DNA of 64,000 nucleotides from Alphaproteobacteria bacterium (GCA_965261735.1 OZ253470.1:256001-320000), one strand, 5' to 3'. Positions 9,699 to 19,426 are shown, numbered from the stretch's first letter. The notes: generated by a model from the letters alone, not told the origin. Numbers and translations are program-made.

Positions 9699-12600
9699 AT
9701 GCTCGACGCCCAACCGGCGGCGAACGCCCCCGCGCGTCCGCCTGCCATCCAGCAGCTTCAACCATCCCCAGCGATTGCCGATACCACAGGCGTTCGCTCC
9801 AAGCCTGCCGCGTTGCTGGCCGCCGCAACCGCTCTGCTTCCCAGCCTGGAGGCGGGCCGCGCGCTCGATGCAAAGACCCTGCGCGAAGCCATGAGCGCGG
9901 CCTTCGGCGCCAATGACACGCAAGGAGCCTGGGTCTGGAAGGACGCCTACGAAGCGGCCGAGGCCGCAATGGTGCTGTTCATCCAGCGTTACGGCCGCCT
10001 CATGCGCCGCGAGGCCGGCGCCGGACCCGGATCCGCCGCCGCCATGCTCGCCATGCTGGAGACCCTGGCGGCGCTGGAGCCGTCCCAGACAAGGCGGTCG
10101 GAAGAACAGCTTGCCCTGCAACAGTTCTCCACCCCCTTGCCGCTCGCCTACGCCGCGCTGCAAGCCGCCGCCATCCGGCCCGGCGACATCGTGCTGGAGC
10201 CCTCGGCCGGCACCGGCATGCTCGCCGTCATGGCCGAATGCGCGCTCGGCAAGCACACCGGCGGCGCACGATCGGGGAATCCCCTGCACCTGAACGAGAT
10301 TGCCGTCGTCCGCGCCCGGTTGCTCTCAGGCCTGTTCGCGCACGCACCGGTGACCCGTCACAACGCCGAGGCCATCGCCGACTATCTGCCGGGCCTGCGT
10401 CCCACCGTGGTGTTGATGAACCCGCCGTTTTCGGCGAGCCCTGGGGTCCAGCGCACCCGTCATGACGCGGATTTGTGCCACCTCCGTTCCGCCTTTTCCA
10501 TGCTCCCGGCGGGCGGGCGGCTGGTGGCGATCACGTCGGCCGGCTGCATCCCGGGCGATGCCGCCTGGAGCCGCGCCTTCGAGCGCCTCGATCCGCCGCC
10601 GCGCACCGTCTTTTCCATCGCCATCGACGGGCGCGCCTACGCACGGCGCGGCACGACCTTCGATACCCGGCTAACCGTAATCGATCGCACGAACGCATCC
10701 GGCGTTCCGATCAACGCGCGGGAATCCGTCCCCACCGCCGCCGGGTTGCTTGCAGCTATCGCCGCCAATGTGCCGCAGCGGCAGGCGGCCGTGCCAATAG
10801 CCGCTGCCCTTGTTCCGGCCGGCGATCTGTTCGGCCATGCCGCCGCACGGCCGGCCCCGCGTAAGCGGGCAGCGGCCACCGCGCCCAACACCAGACCCGC
10901 AGACCCGCAAGTCCGCGATTGGGGGCCGGTGGCCGAACTCGACTACGAAACTTCACCCGCCAACCCTGAAGGCAAGGCGACCGAACCGGAGGCCGCCCAT
11001 GCCGGGGTCTACGAGCCCTGGCATCCCCGGACCGCGCGCATTCCCGGCGCATGCGAACATCCGACGCCGCTGGTGCAATCCGCCGCCATGGCGGCGGTGC
11101 CCCATCCTGTGCCGGCCTACCGCCCGATGCTGCCCGTGCGTGTCGTGACGGACGAACTTCTGTCCGACGCCCAGCTCGAAAGCGTCATCCTCGCCGGTCA
11201 GGCCCATGATCGTCATCTTTCCGCGCTCTATCGCATCGGCGAGAGTTGGGAGACCGTGGCGCGTGTCGCCGACAATGAAGATGACAACGGCGATGACGGC
11301 AATAGCGTCCCGGAGACCGCCAATAAATCAGATAAGGGCGAAGCCGTAAGCGCCGGTCTTGAACCCGCCACCGATGCCACCGGCGATGGTGAAGCGCTGT
11401 CCGCGCCGGTGCGTTTCCGGCGCGGCTGGATGCTGGGCGACGGCACCGGCTGCGGCAAGGGCCGCCAGGTTGCGGCCATCATTCTCGACCACTGGCTGCG
11501 CGGCCGCCGCCGGGCGCTGTGGCTGTCCGCCTCCGACAAGCTGCTGGAGGACGCCCGCCGCGACTGGGCCGCGATCGGCGGCAGCGAGGCCGACATCATC
11601 CCGTTGGGCAAGTTCCGCCAGGGGGCCGATATTCCGCAACAGGCCGGGATCCTGTTCGCCACCTATGCAACCTTGCGCTCGCCTGCCCGCCAGGGAAAAC
11701 GCTCCCGCCTCGAACAGATCGTCGGCTGGCTCGCGGACGGGATGAATGAAGACTCCCGCCATGCCTATGGCGGCGTCATCGTCTTCGACGAGGCCCATGC
11801 CATGGCCAACGCCGCCGGGTCCAAGGGGTCGCGGGGCGATACGGCGCCCTCGCAACAGGGCCGCGCCGGATTGCGTTTGCAGAACGCCCTGCCCGATGCC
11901 CGTATCCTCTATGTCTCCGCCACCGGCGCTACCACCGTGCCCGGTCTTGCCTATGCGCGGCGCCTTGGCCTGTGGGGCGGCGCGGATACGGGTGGCGAGA
12001 CGCCCTTCGAGCAACGCACCGATTTCGTCACCGCCATGGAGGCCGGCGGGGTCGCGGCGATGGAGGTGGTGGCCCGCGATCTGAAGGCGCTCGGCCTCTA
12101 CCAGGCGCGCGCGCTCAGCTATGACGGGGTCGAGGTCGAGCTGCTCGAACATCCCCTGACACCCGAACAGCGGCGCATCTACGACGCCTATGCCGGCGCC
12201 TTCAAGGTGATTCACCGCAATATAGAAGACGCCTTGAAAGCCACCGGCATCATGGAGGGCGATGCCACCCTGAACAAGAACGCCAAGTCCGCCGCGCTGT
12301 CGGCCTTCGAGGGCGCGAAGCAGCGTTTCTTCGGCCATCTCCTGACCGCCATGAAATGCCCCTCGCTGATTCGGTCCGTGGAGGCCGATCTCGAGTCCGG
12401 TCATGCCTGCGTCATCCAGCTGGTCTCCACCGGCGAGGCTTTGCTGGACCGGCGTATCGCCGATATCCCCGTCTCGGAATGGGACGACATCTCCGTCGAC
12501 CTGACGCCGAGGGAGGCGTGCCTGGAATATCTGGCGCACGCCTTCCCGGTGCAATTGCAGGAACCCTTCACCGACGACGAGGGCAATCTCATGTCGCGGC

Positions 12601-14309
12601 CCGTGACCGACGCCGAGGGCAACCCGGTCCTGTGCCAGGAAGCAGTCGCTGCGCGAGACGCGTTGATCGAGAAGCTCGCGGCATTGCCGCCGGTGCAGGC
12701 GGCGCTCGACCAGATTCTGCACCGCTTCGGCGGCGAGGCCGTCGCCGAGGTCACCGGACGCTCCCGCCGGGTCTTGCGCATCGCCGATTCATCCGGCGAG
12801 CGCCTGGCGCTGCGCAACCGTCCGGCGTCGGCCAACCTCGCCGAGACCGCCGCCTTCATGGCGAGCGATAAACGCATCCTCGTCTTCTCCATGGCCGGCG
12901 GCACCGGGCGCAGCTATCACGCCGATCTTGGTTGCGGCAACACTGCGCGGCGTATCCATTACCTGCTGGAGCCGGGCTGGCGGGCCGACCAGGCGATCCA
13001 GGGCCTGGGCCGCACCCATCGAACGCACCAGGCCTCGGCCCCTCTGTTCCGCCCCGTGACCACGGACGTGAAGGGCGAGCGCCGCTTCATTGCCACCATT
13101 GCCCGGCGTCTCGACAGCCTCGGCGCCATCACCCGGGGACAGCGGGACAGCCAGACCGCCATGGGCGGCGGCGACGCCACCCTGTTCCGGGCCAGCGACA
13201 ATCTGGAGAGCCCCTACGCCAAGGTGGCGCTGCGCCAGTTCTACATCGCGCTGTGGCGCGGCAACATAGCGGGCTGGTCCATGGACCGCTTCGAGGACGC
13301 CACCGGGTTGAAGCTCATCTGGGAGGGCTCTCTCAAGGAAGACCTGCCGCCGATGCCCCGGTTCCTCAACCGCCTGCTGGCCCTGCCTATCGCCGAGCAG
13401 AACGAACTGTTCGCCGAGCTGGAAACCCGCATCGAGGCCAACATCGAACAGGCCATCGAGGCCGGGACCCACGAGCAGGGCGTCGAGACCATCCGGGCCG
13501 ACTCGCTCTGCATCGCCTCACGCGAGGCGGTTCACGTTCATGAAGCCTCGGGCGCCGCCACCGAGCTTGTCGAGATCGCCCGCCGCGACCGGCTCGTGCC
13601 GCTGGCGGCCGAAGATGCGCTTGCCCTGCGCGACGGGCGGCCCGTCATCAACTCCCGCTCGAAGCGCGCCGCCGTTGTTCTGCCCGCGCCGTCGCGGATG
13701 TTCGAGGACGGCGGGGTCGAGGCCCGGATCCGCCTGGTCCGTCCCGCCGCCCGCGAGCCCATGGCCGCGGCCGAGCTTGCCGCCTCGAACTGGGAGGATG
13801 CGCACGGGGATAGCTGGCGCGCCTTGTGGGATGCGGAGATCGAAGGGCTGCCCAGCCACACCGAATCCCGCCTGTGGCTGGTCACCGGCCTGCTGCTCCC
13901 CATATGGGACCGGCTGCCGGGCGAGAACATGCGGGTGCGCCGGCTTGCGACCGACGCCGGGGAAAGCCTGCTCGGCCGGGTTCTGACGCCCGAGCAGGCG
14001 CACGCCTTCCGGGACGCCTTCGGGCTGGCCGGGGGACCGGTCATGAGTTCGGCCGAGATGCACGAGGCGATCCTGACCCGCGGCGCGTCCTTCGATCTCG
14101 CCAATGGCTGGCGCCTCGCAAGGCGGCGCCTGATGGGCGCCGAGCGCGTGGAGATCGAGGGGCCGGCCGACAACGATCTTGCGGCGCTCAAGCGTATGGG
14201 TTGCACCACCGAGATCGTCTCATGGCGGACCCGTGTGTTCGTGCCCGAATACATCGACCTCGACCGCATCCTTGGACGCTGGCCGCTCGCCAATACCAAC
14301 CCGGTGTAA
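9699..14309 (+). CDS. SAM-dependent methyltransferase / strawberry-notch SF2 helicase fusion
   Basis: QQFSTP, VLEPSAGTGMLA, MNPPF (amino-MTase); LSDAQLESV, LGDGTGCGKGRQ, FDEAH, SATG, AGGTGRSYHA, QGLGRTHR. Confidence 0.93.
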   Translation: MLDAQPAANAPARPPAIQQLQPSPAIADTTGVRSKPAALLAAATALLPSLEAGRALDAKTLREAMSAAFGANDTQGAWVWKDAYEAAEAAMVLFIQRYGRLMRREAGAGPGSAAAMLAMLETLAALEPSQTRRSEEQLALQQFSTPLPLAYAALQAAAIRPGDIVLEPSAGTGMLAVMAECALGKHTGGARSGNPLHLNEIAVVRARLLSGLFAHAPVTRHNAEAIADYLPGLRPTVVLMNPPFSASPGVQRTRHDADLCHLRSAFSMLPAGGRLVAITSAGCIPGDAAWSRAFERLDPPPRTVFSIAIDGRAYARRGTTFDTRLTVIDRTNASGVPINARESVPTAAGLLAAIAANVPQRQAAVPIAAALVPAGDLFGHAAARPAPRKRAAATAPNTRPADPQVRDWGPVAELDYETSPANPEGKATEPEAAHAGVYEPWHPRTARIPGACEHPTPLVQSAAMAAVPHPVPAYRPMLPVRVVTDELLSDAQLESVILAGQAHDRHLSALYRIGESWETVARVADNEDDNGDDGNSVPETANKSDKGEAVSAGLEPATDATGDGEALSAPVRFRRGWMLGDGTGCGKGRQVAAIILDHWLRGRRRALWLSASDKLLEDARRDWAAIGGSEADIIPLGKFRQGADIPQQAGILFATYATLRSPARQGKRSRLEQIVGWLADGMNEDSRHAYGGVIVFDEAHAMANAAGSKGSRGDTAPSQQGRAGLRLQNALPDARILYVSATGATTVPGLAYARRLGLWGGADTGGETPFEQRTDFVTAMEAGGVAAMEVVARDLKALGLYQARALSYDGVEVELLEHPLTPEQRRIYDAYAGAFKVIHRNIEDALKATGIMEGDATLNKNAKSAALSAFEGAKQRFFGHLLTAMKCPSLIRSVEADLESGHACVIQLVSTGEALLDRRIADIPVSEWDDISVDLTPREACLEYLAHAFPVQLQEPFTDDEGNLMSRPVTDAEGNPVLCQEAVAARDALIEKLAALPPVQAALDQILHRFGGEAVAEVTGRSRRVLRIADSSGERLALRNRPASANLAETAAFMASDKRILVFSMAGGTGRSYHADLGCGNTARRIHYLLEPGWRADQAIQGLGRTHRTHQASAPLFRPVTTDVKGERRFIATIARRLDSLGAITRGQRDSQTAMGGGDATLFRASDNLESPYAKVALRQFYIALWRGNIAGWSMDRFEDATGLKLIWEGSLKEDLPPMPRFLNRLLALPIAEQNELFAELETRIEANIEQAIEAGTHEQGVETIRADSLCIASREAVHVHEASGAATELVEIARRDRLVPLAAEDALALRDGRPVINSRSKRAAVVLPAPSRMFEDGGVEARIRLVRPAAREPMAAAELAASNWEDAHGDSWRALWDAEIEGLPSHTESRLWLVTGLLLPIWDRLPGENMRVRRLATDAGESLLGRVLTPEQAHAFRDAFGLAGGPVMSSAEMHEAILTRGASFDLANGWRLARRRLMGAERVEIEGPADNDLAALKRMGCTTEIVSWRTRVFVPEYIDLDRILGRWPLANTNPV

Positions 14310-14449
14310 ATCCGCACGCTCCCGCCCTGTTTCCGGTGCGGGGGCGTCCGAACGCTTGGCTCCACCCGCTACGCGCGCTTCCGGGAATTTGCGCCTTTGC
14401 GCCGCCCGCGGGCACGAACGGTCCAACCCGCCATATGGAGGATATCGCC

Positions 14450-14707
14450 ATGACATCCCATACGCTGCCCGACGATCCCGTCTACGCGTTTTGTCCCGCT
14501 TATGACTTTGACAACATGCCGCAACAGATACGAATCGTTTTCGCCGATATCCCGGGCTACGTCCCCACGGCGTTGGTGGGACTCACACTCGACGATGCGG
14601 AGCGGATTTGTGATCGCCTGAACGCCAAGCTCGGACTCGACCGGGATGCCTGGTCCACCATCGCCGGCCGGTCCATGTCCGCCGCCCGCGATGAAGCCAC
14701 CCATTGA
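14450..14707 (+). CDS. Small hypothetical protein
   Basis: GGAGG RBS, 85 aa, co-oriented with neighbours. Confidence 0.6.
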   Translation: MTSHTLPDDPVYAFCPAYDFDNMPQQIRIVFADIPGYVPTALVGLTLDDAERICDRLNAKLGLDRDAWSTIAGRSMSAARDEATH

Positions 14708-14822
14708 ACCCAACAAGATGTAGAGGCCGAGGGCAGCGCGGCAGGGGTGATCCGGGCGGTGCACGGGAGCCAATTCTCCCGGCATCGCCGCCATTCTGTC
14801 ATGCAATCCACGGAGGAACCCG

Positions 14823-15137
14823 ATGTTCGACACCCTCGCACCACGCTCCACGACCGGCGAGTTCGAAACCATGCCCGGCGCCCGGCCCGATCCCGGCGGG
14901 TTCCTGCCGGAAGCCCGGACCGGCGCACGCGAAGCCGCTGCCCACATGAAGGATCTGGCGGAACGCTTCACCGGGCTGCGGAACGCCATCATGTGTCTGT
15001 CCGGCAACCCGTCCCGCGACGACCGCGCCGGGCTCCGCCACCGGCTTCTCCATCTCGAGAACACCCTGATGAGCGCGAGGGGCAGCCTCGACGACGTCAT
15101 CATCGCCATCATGGACGCCAACGACGCGGCGCGTTGA
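14823..15137 (+). CDS. Small hypothetical helical protein
   Basis: GGAGG RBS, 104 aa, GC3-rich codon usage. Confidence 0.6.
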   Translation: MFDTLAPRSTTGEFETMPGARPDPGGFLPEARTGAREAAAHMKDLAERFTGLRNAIMCLSGNPSRDDRAGLRHRLLHLENTLMSARGSLDDVIIAIMDANDAAR

Positions 15138-15301
15138 CCCCCGTCGAACCCGCATCCGGCGCATCCCGGCAGGCTGGCCGGCAATCGGGGCTCGGCCCCG
15201 GCTTCCCGAACCACATCCCTGCGTTGTTGTTCCGCCGGAAAGTGCAGAGCTTCCTCCGACCGAACGGATTGCCAGGCAGTCACGGAAAGGCAAGCATAAA
15301 G

Positions 15302-15910
15302 ATGTTGAAACGAATTCGTAGAAACCACGGGCGGCTGGTGGCAATGGTTATTGCTGTTGCCGCGCTTGCATTACCCGGCCTCGCGGACCGCGCCGGGCTC
15401 CTCGCCGCGGCCTTGCAGGACCCGGACACGTGGCGCGGTCTTGCCGTAGCCCCCGAACATCGCTGCGCGCCCTACAACCGCGCCGATTATCCCTACCCGC
15501 AATCGATCGAAGCGCGGATCGTCGGCGCCCAGGGCGGTGTGATCTACGGTCCGTATAGCGGCCGATCATTCCGGACCACCTTCGAGACCGATATCGAACA
15601 CATCGTTGCCGTCTCCGAAGCCCATGACAGCGGCTTATGCGCCGCCGATCCCGAAACCCGGCGCCGCTTCGCCACCGACCTGCTCAATCTCACCCTGGCC
15701 AGCCCTGAGATGAACCGTTGCGGCAAATCCGGCAAATGCGCCTTCGATGCAGCGCAATGGCTGCCGCCAATGAACCAATGCTGGTTTGCCGCCCGCATCG
15801 TCGCGGTTCGGCTCAAATACCGCCTCACCGTGGATCGGCGCGAAGCCGCCGCCCTGGAACGCGTACTCTCGGACTGCGCATCGACGTCCATGATCGTCAT
15901 CGGCGAATAA
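15302..15910 (+). CDS. Secreted HNH (DUF1524-type) endonuclease
   Basis: Basic + hydrophobic N-terminus; DIEHIVAVSEAHDSG, FATDLLNLTLA...NR, DAAQWLP..NQCWFAARIVAVRLKYRLTVD. Confidence 0.8.
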   Translation: MLKRIRRNHGRLVAMVIAVAALALPGLADRAGLLAAALQDPDTWRGLAVAPEHRCAPYNRADYPYPQSIEARIVGAQGGVIYGPYSGRSFRTTFETDIEHIVAVSEAHDSGLCAADPETRRRFATDLLNLTLASPEMNRCGKSGKCAFDAAQWLPPMNQCWFAARIVAVRLKYRLTVDRREAAALERVLSDCASTSMIVIGE

Positions 15911-16131
15911 GCACCGAATACGCATTCGCGGCCATCCGGCCGATACCGCTTCACGGCCTCGGCATCTTACGCGTGTGGGGGATACTGCCGCGTATTGCCA
16001 GGAAACTCTCCGGCCTGCCTCGACCAACGTGCAAGAGAGTTTGAGGAAGGCAAAGAGAAGGGCGACGCGCCCAAGGGATAAAGAGAGTTCCCTCCGGGCG
16101 GTGTCTCAACCCTATCAACCGGAGATGCCAG

Positions 16132-16323
16132 ATGTTCGATTCCAGACCTGCCTCGACCGAGTCCAACGACACCCTTTTCAATCCCGGCAGCACAAGCGAT
16201 GCCGATCCCGGCTTCGCCGCACCTCTTCCCGATGCCGGCGCGCTGCTGGCCGCGGTCGGAATGCCGGCCCACGCGATCCGCGAAGTTCTCGCCTCCCGAA
16301 CCTACACCGGCGCGGACGGCTGA
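16132..16323 (+). CDS. Small hypothetical protein
   Basis: GGAG RBS, 63 aa, preceded by a purine-rich leader like other genes in the array. Confidence 0.4.
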   Translation: MFDSRPASTESNDTLFNPGSTSDADPGFAAPLPDAGALLAAVGMPAHAIREVLASRTYTGADG

Positions 16324-16429
16324 ATAGAGGAAGAGGGGGGCTTAGAGAAGTGTGAAGGGGGAAGGGTCGAGAGAGGCCTGACCCCGTTCGCTAACCCGAT
16401 GTCATAACCCGGATCATAGGAGATTGATC

Positions 16430-16867
16430 ATGTTCGGACTGAATAACGCCCAGTTGATCGGACGCCTCGGCGCCGACGCCACCATCAGCCACCTCACCAA
16501 CGGCGGCCGTGTCGCCAATGTCTCGATCGCGACCGATGAAAGCTTCCTCGACAAAAATTCCGGTGACAAGGTGGACCGCACCGAGTGGCACCGCATCGTC
16601 ACCTTCCAGGAGGGCTTGGTGGAGATGATGGAGAAGCACGCGAAGAAGGGCCGCCTGGTCTACGTCTCGGGCAAGCTCCAGACCCGCAAGTGGCGCAAGG
16701 ACGGCGAGGACAGCGACCGGTTCTCGACCGAGATCCTGCTGGTCCCCGGCGGCAGAGTCCAATTCTTAGACAAGCCGAACGGCAACGGCGCGCCGGCGAT
16801 GAACGGCAAGACCGTGCCTTCCGCCGAAACCGCCGCGACGGTGGTTGACAGCGAAATTCCGTTCTAG
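16430..16867 (+). CDS. ssb: Single-stranded DNA-binding protein
   Basis: LNNAQLIGRLGAD, TEWHRIV, KGRLVYVSGKLQTRKW, acidic tail DSEIPF. Confidence 0.95.
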   Translation: MFGLNNAQLIGRLGADATISHLTNGGRVANVSIATDESFLDKNSGDKVDRTEWHRIVTFQEGLVEMMEKHAKKGRLVYVSGKLQTRKWRKDGEDSDRFSTEILLVPGGRVQFLDKPNGNGAPAMNGKTVPSAETAATVVDSEIPF

Positions 16868-16893
16868 CGGGCTTCCTCCCTCCCGCATAACTC

Positions 16894-16937
16894 AGGGCCA
16901 GTCCCCGCCAAGTTGGCATGGGGCTGGCCCTTTTTTT
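16894..16937 (+). terminator. Rho-independent terminator after ssb
   Basis: AGGGCCAG(T)CCC ... GGGCTGGCCCT stem followed by T7. Confidence 0.75.
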
Positions 16938-17129
16938 GGAGTCCCGTTCGAGCCCGCCTCTACAGCGTTCTAAAAGCCTGCACGCGGAGCGGCCGCGCTA
17001 CGCGCTCCGCTCTCGCGGCCCTCACCGTCAAGAGTTCGCGGCGGGCCTGAAGGGGGCGTCCCGCAAAAGGCACGAGAGGTTCCCCATGCAACCGTTTCAC
17101 GCCATCGCTCCCCTAAGGGATCGCACCTC

Positions 17130-18167
17130 ATGAACGCCACTGAAATCGCCGCCGCGTTAAGCACACGGGCCGAAGATGTATGCCGCCGCTACCTTCCCCG
17201 CGGACGCAGGCAGGGCAGATACTGGACCATCGGCGACACAAGCGGCGCCAAAGGGCGCTCGCTCTTCGTGCGCCTGGCGCCTCCAGGCATACCCGGTAAA
17301 TGGACTGACGCCGCGACCAACGAGCATGGCGATCTGCTCGATCTCATCCGTCTGCACTCCGGCGGAGCATCGCTGCGGCACGCCATGGAGGAGGCCCTCG
17401 CGTTCCTCTCATTACCGCGGTCCACTCCCGACAATGGCGGCAATCACGCCGGCGGCTATGACCGCGAAGAAGCAGCGCGCCGCCTTTGGCGGCGTTGCCG
17501 GCCCATCGATGGCACCCATGCGGAAGCCTATCTGCACGCCCGCGCCATCGGCCATTGTCGCTTCCCGGCCCTGCGGTTTCATCTCGATCTCATCCATCGT
17601 GCAGATGACGGCATCCACCGCCTCCCGGCACTTGTCGCCGCCGTCACCGGCGATGATGGCGCTATCGAGGGCGTGCAACGCACCTGGCTCGATCCCAAGC
17701 TACCCGAGAAAGCCAACCTCGCCCGCCCTCGCAAAGCGCTTGGGCGCGTCTACGGCCGGGCCGTGCGCTTCGGCGGGTCTGCCTCCGGCGCGACCCTGCT
17801 TGCCGGCGAGGGCATCGAAACCGTTCTATCGCTGGTCACCGCCGTCCCCGGCATTCATGCCGCAGCGGCTCTATCGGCGGGCAGTCTCGGCGCCTTCGAA
17901 CCGCCCCAAGACCTCGCGCTGTTGATCATCGCCCGCGATAAAGACATGGAAGGCGGGCACGCCGCAAACCGTCTTCAGCGCCGTTGCGTGGAACGCAGCA
18001 TTCCCTCAATCGTGATCGTTCCCGAACACTGCGATTTTAATGACGATCTCTTTGCCTTCGGAGAAGAAACCCTCGCGGCTCGAATCGAGCCCCTTATTGC
18101 AAGCACCGAGTCCGGGGAAACGGTGGAAGAGAGGCGTGGGAGTGGGAGAATAATTAGCCCGTCATGA
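17130..18167 (+). CDS. Toprim-domain primase-like protein (DUF7146 type)
   Basis: CRRYLPRGRRQGRYWTIGD..G..GRSL, GKWTDAATNEHGDLLDLI, GVQRTWLD, RKALG, Toprim GEGIETVLS, IARDKD, DFNDDL. Confidence 0.88.
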   Translation: MNATEIAAALSTRAEDVCRRYLPRGRRQGRYWTIGDTSGAKGRSLFVRLAPPGIPGKWTDAATNEHGDLLDLIRLHSGGASLRHAMEEALAFLSLPRSTPDNGGNHAGGYDREEAARRLWRRCRPIDGTHAEAYLHARAIGHCRFPALRFHLDLIHRADDGIHRLPALVAAVTGDDGAIEGVQRTWLDPKLPEKANLARPRKALGRVYGRAVRFGGSASGATLLAGEGIETVLSLVTAVPGIHAAAALSAGSLGAFEPPQDLALLIIARDKDMEGGHAANRLQRRCVERSIPSIVIVPEHCDFNDDLFAFGEETLAARIEPLIASTESGETVEERRGSGRIISPS

Positions 18168-18455
18168 TGGCTCATTGTCCCACACGTTCTCGCTGTGCCA
18201 ACCCCTGCGGGGTCCTCCACTCCGCTTACGCTCCGTTGCGGCGATAGCTCGTAATGCCACGCCGCTGCGCGGCTAGCGCCGGTGGAATACGCGACCGTGG
18301 CTCGCTCGCTCCGCTCCCTGCGCCCGCACCACTCGCCCATCCCCCCAGCGCAGGCATTCCGGCCATCGTGGCTCCGCTGCGAGCGCGTGATCCAAAGAGT
18401 CATCACGACGGGGCATCCCGCCTCGGAGGATAGCAACATTGCAGTGGAGAGAATC

Positions 18456-19370
18456 ATGCAAGAGTTCATCAGCACCGAAACGTCACAGACCGCAATAGCT
18501 TGCGAACAAGCCGCCCTGTTCGGCGCGACCCCTGGTCCCGACGAGTTCGACAACCGTGAGATCTGGAACGAGGAAGAGGCGCTTGCCGGGATCGAGGAAG
18601 CAATCCACATCCTGGCCGGTGTGGTCGCACCGGACGGCACGCAGCTCTCCGACGAACGCGAGAGCCTCCTCTGGGGCTTCGTCAATGCACTGCACGCCCA
18701 GGTCCAGCGCCTCGACCGGGGTATCGACAAGATCGCGCCCGAGATGAAAGATCTCGGCCAAGAGCAGGACGGCTCCGAGATCAAGTCGCGCGAACTGGAA
18801 CTCCTCACCGGACGGGTCCAGAACCTTGGCGACCGCCGCGACGCCTTCGAGGCCATGCGCGACCTCGCCGCCGAAGGATATCGCACCGAGACCGGCGATA
18901 CCTGGCGCCCGCGCAACGGATCGCACAGCAGCCAGACCGGCAAACTCACCTCGGCCGCCATCGACGCCCGCGACTATCTGCGCGCCCGCAACAACCGCGA
19001 GACCTCAACACATCTGCCCGAGGGCACCCTGGTCGCCTTCACCGGCGGCAAGGACTTCGGCGACGTCACCGCCATCTGGCGCTCGCTGGACAGCATCAAG
19101 ATCAAGTACGACGATATGGTCCTGCTGCACGGCGGCGGACCCGGCGCGGAGAAGATCGCGGCAAGCTGGGCGGAGAAGAACGGCGTCCATCAGGTCGTCT
19201 GTAAGCCGAACTGGGACCGGGACGGCAAGGCTGCGCCCTTCCGGCGTAACGACGTCCTGCTCAACTTCCTGCCGAAAGGCCTCGTCGCCTTCCCCGGCTC
19301 CGGCATCACGAATAACATGATCGACAAGGCACGCAAGATCGGAATCCCCGTCCTTCTCGCCGCCGCATAA
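18456..19370 (+). CDS. DUF2493 / SLOG (YspA-like) domain protein
   Basis: Helical N-terminus (LLWGFVNALH, GSEIKSRELE) plus LVAFTGGKDF, MVLLHGG.PGAEKIAASWA, AAPFRRND, FPGSGIT.N. Confidence 0.85.
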   Translation: MQEFISTETSQTAIACEQAALFGATPGPDEFDNREIWNEEEALAGIEEAIHILAGVVAPDGTQLSDERESLLWGFVNALHAQVQRLDRGIDKIAPEMKDLGQEQDGSEIKSRELELLTGRVQNLGDRRDAFEAMRDLAAEGYRTETGDTWRPRNGSHSSQTGKLTSAAIDARDYLRARNNRETSTHLPEGTLVAFTGGKDFGDVTAIWRSLDSIKIKYDDMVLLHGGGPGAEKIAASWAEKNGVHQVVCKPNWDRDGKAAPFRRNDVLLNFLPKGLVAFPGSGITNNMIDKARKIGIPVLLAAA

Positions 19371-19382
19371 CCGCACCCTTCA

Positions 19383-19426
19383 GGGTCGGCCCCCGCCATC
19401 ACACAGCGGAGGTCGGCCCCTTTTTT
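19383..19426 (+). terminator. Probable Rho-independent terminator
   Basis: GC-rich imperfect stem GGGTCGGCC..GGTCGGCCC (G-U pairs) followed by T6. Confidence 0.55.
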
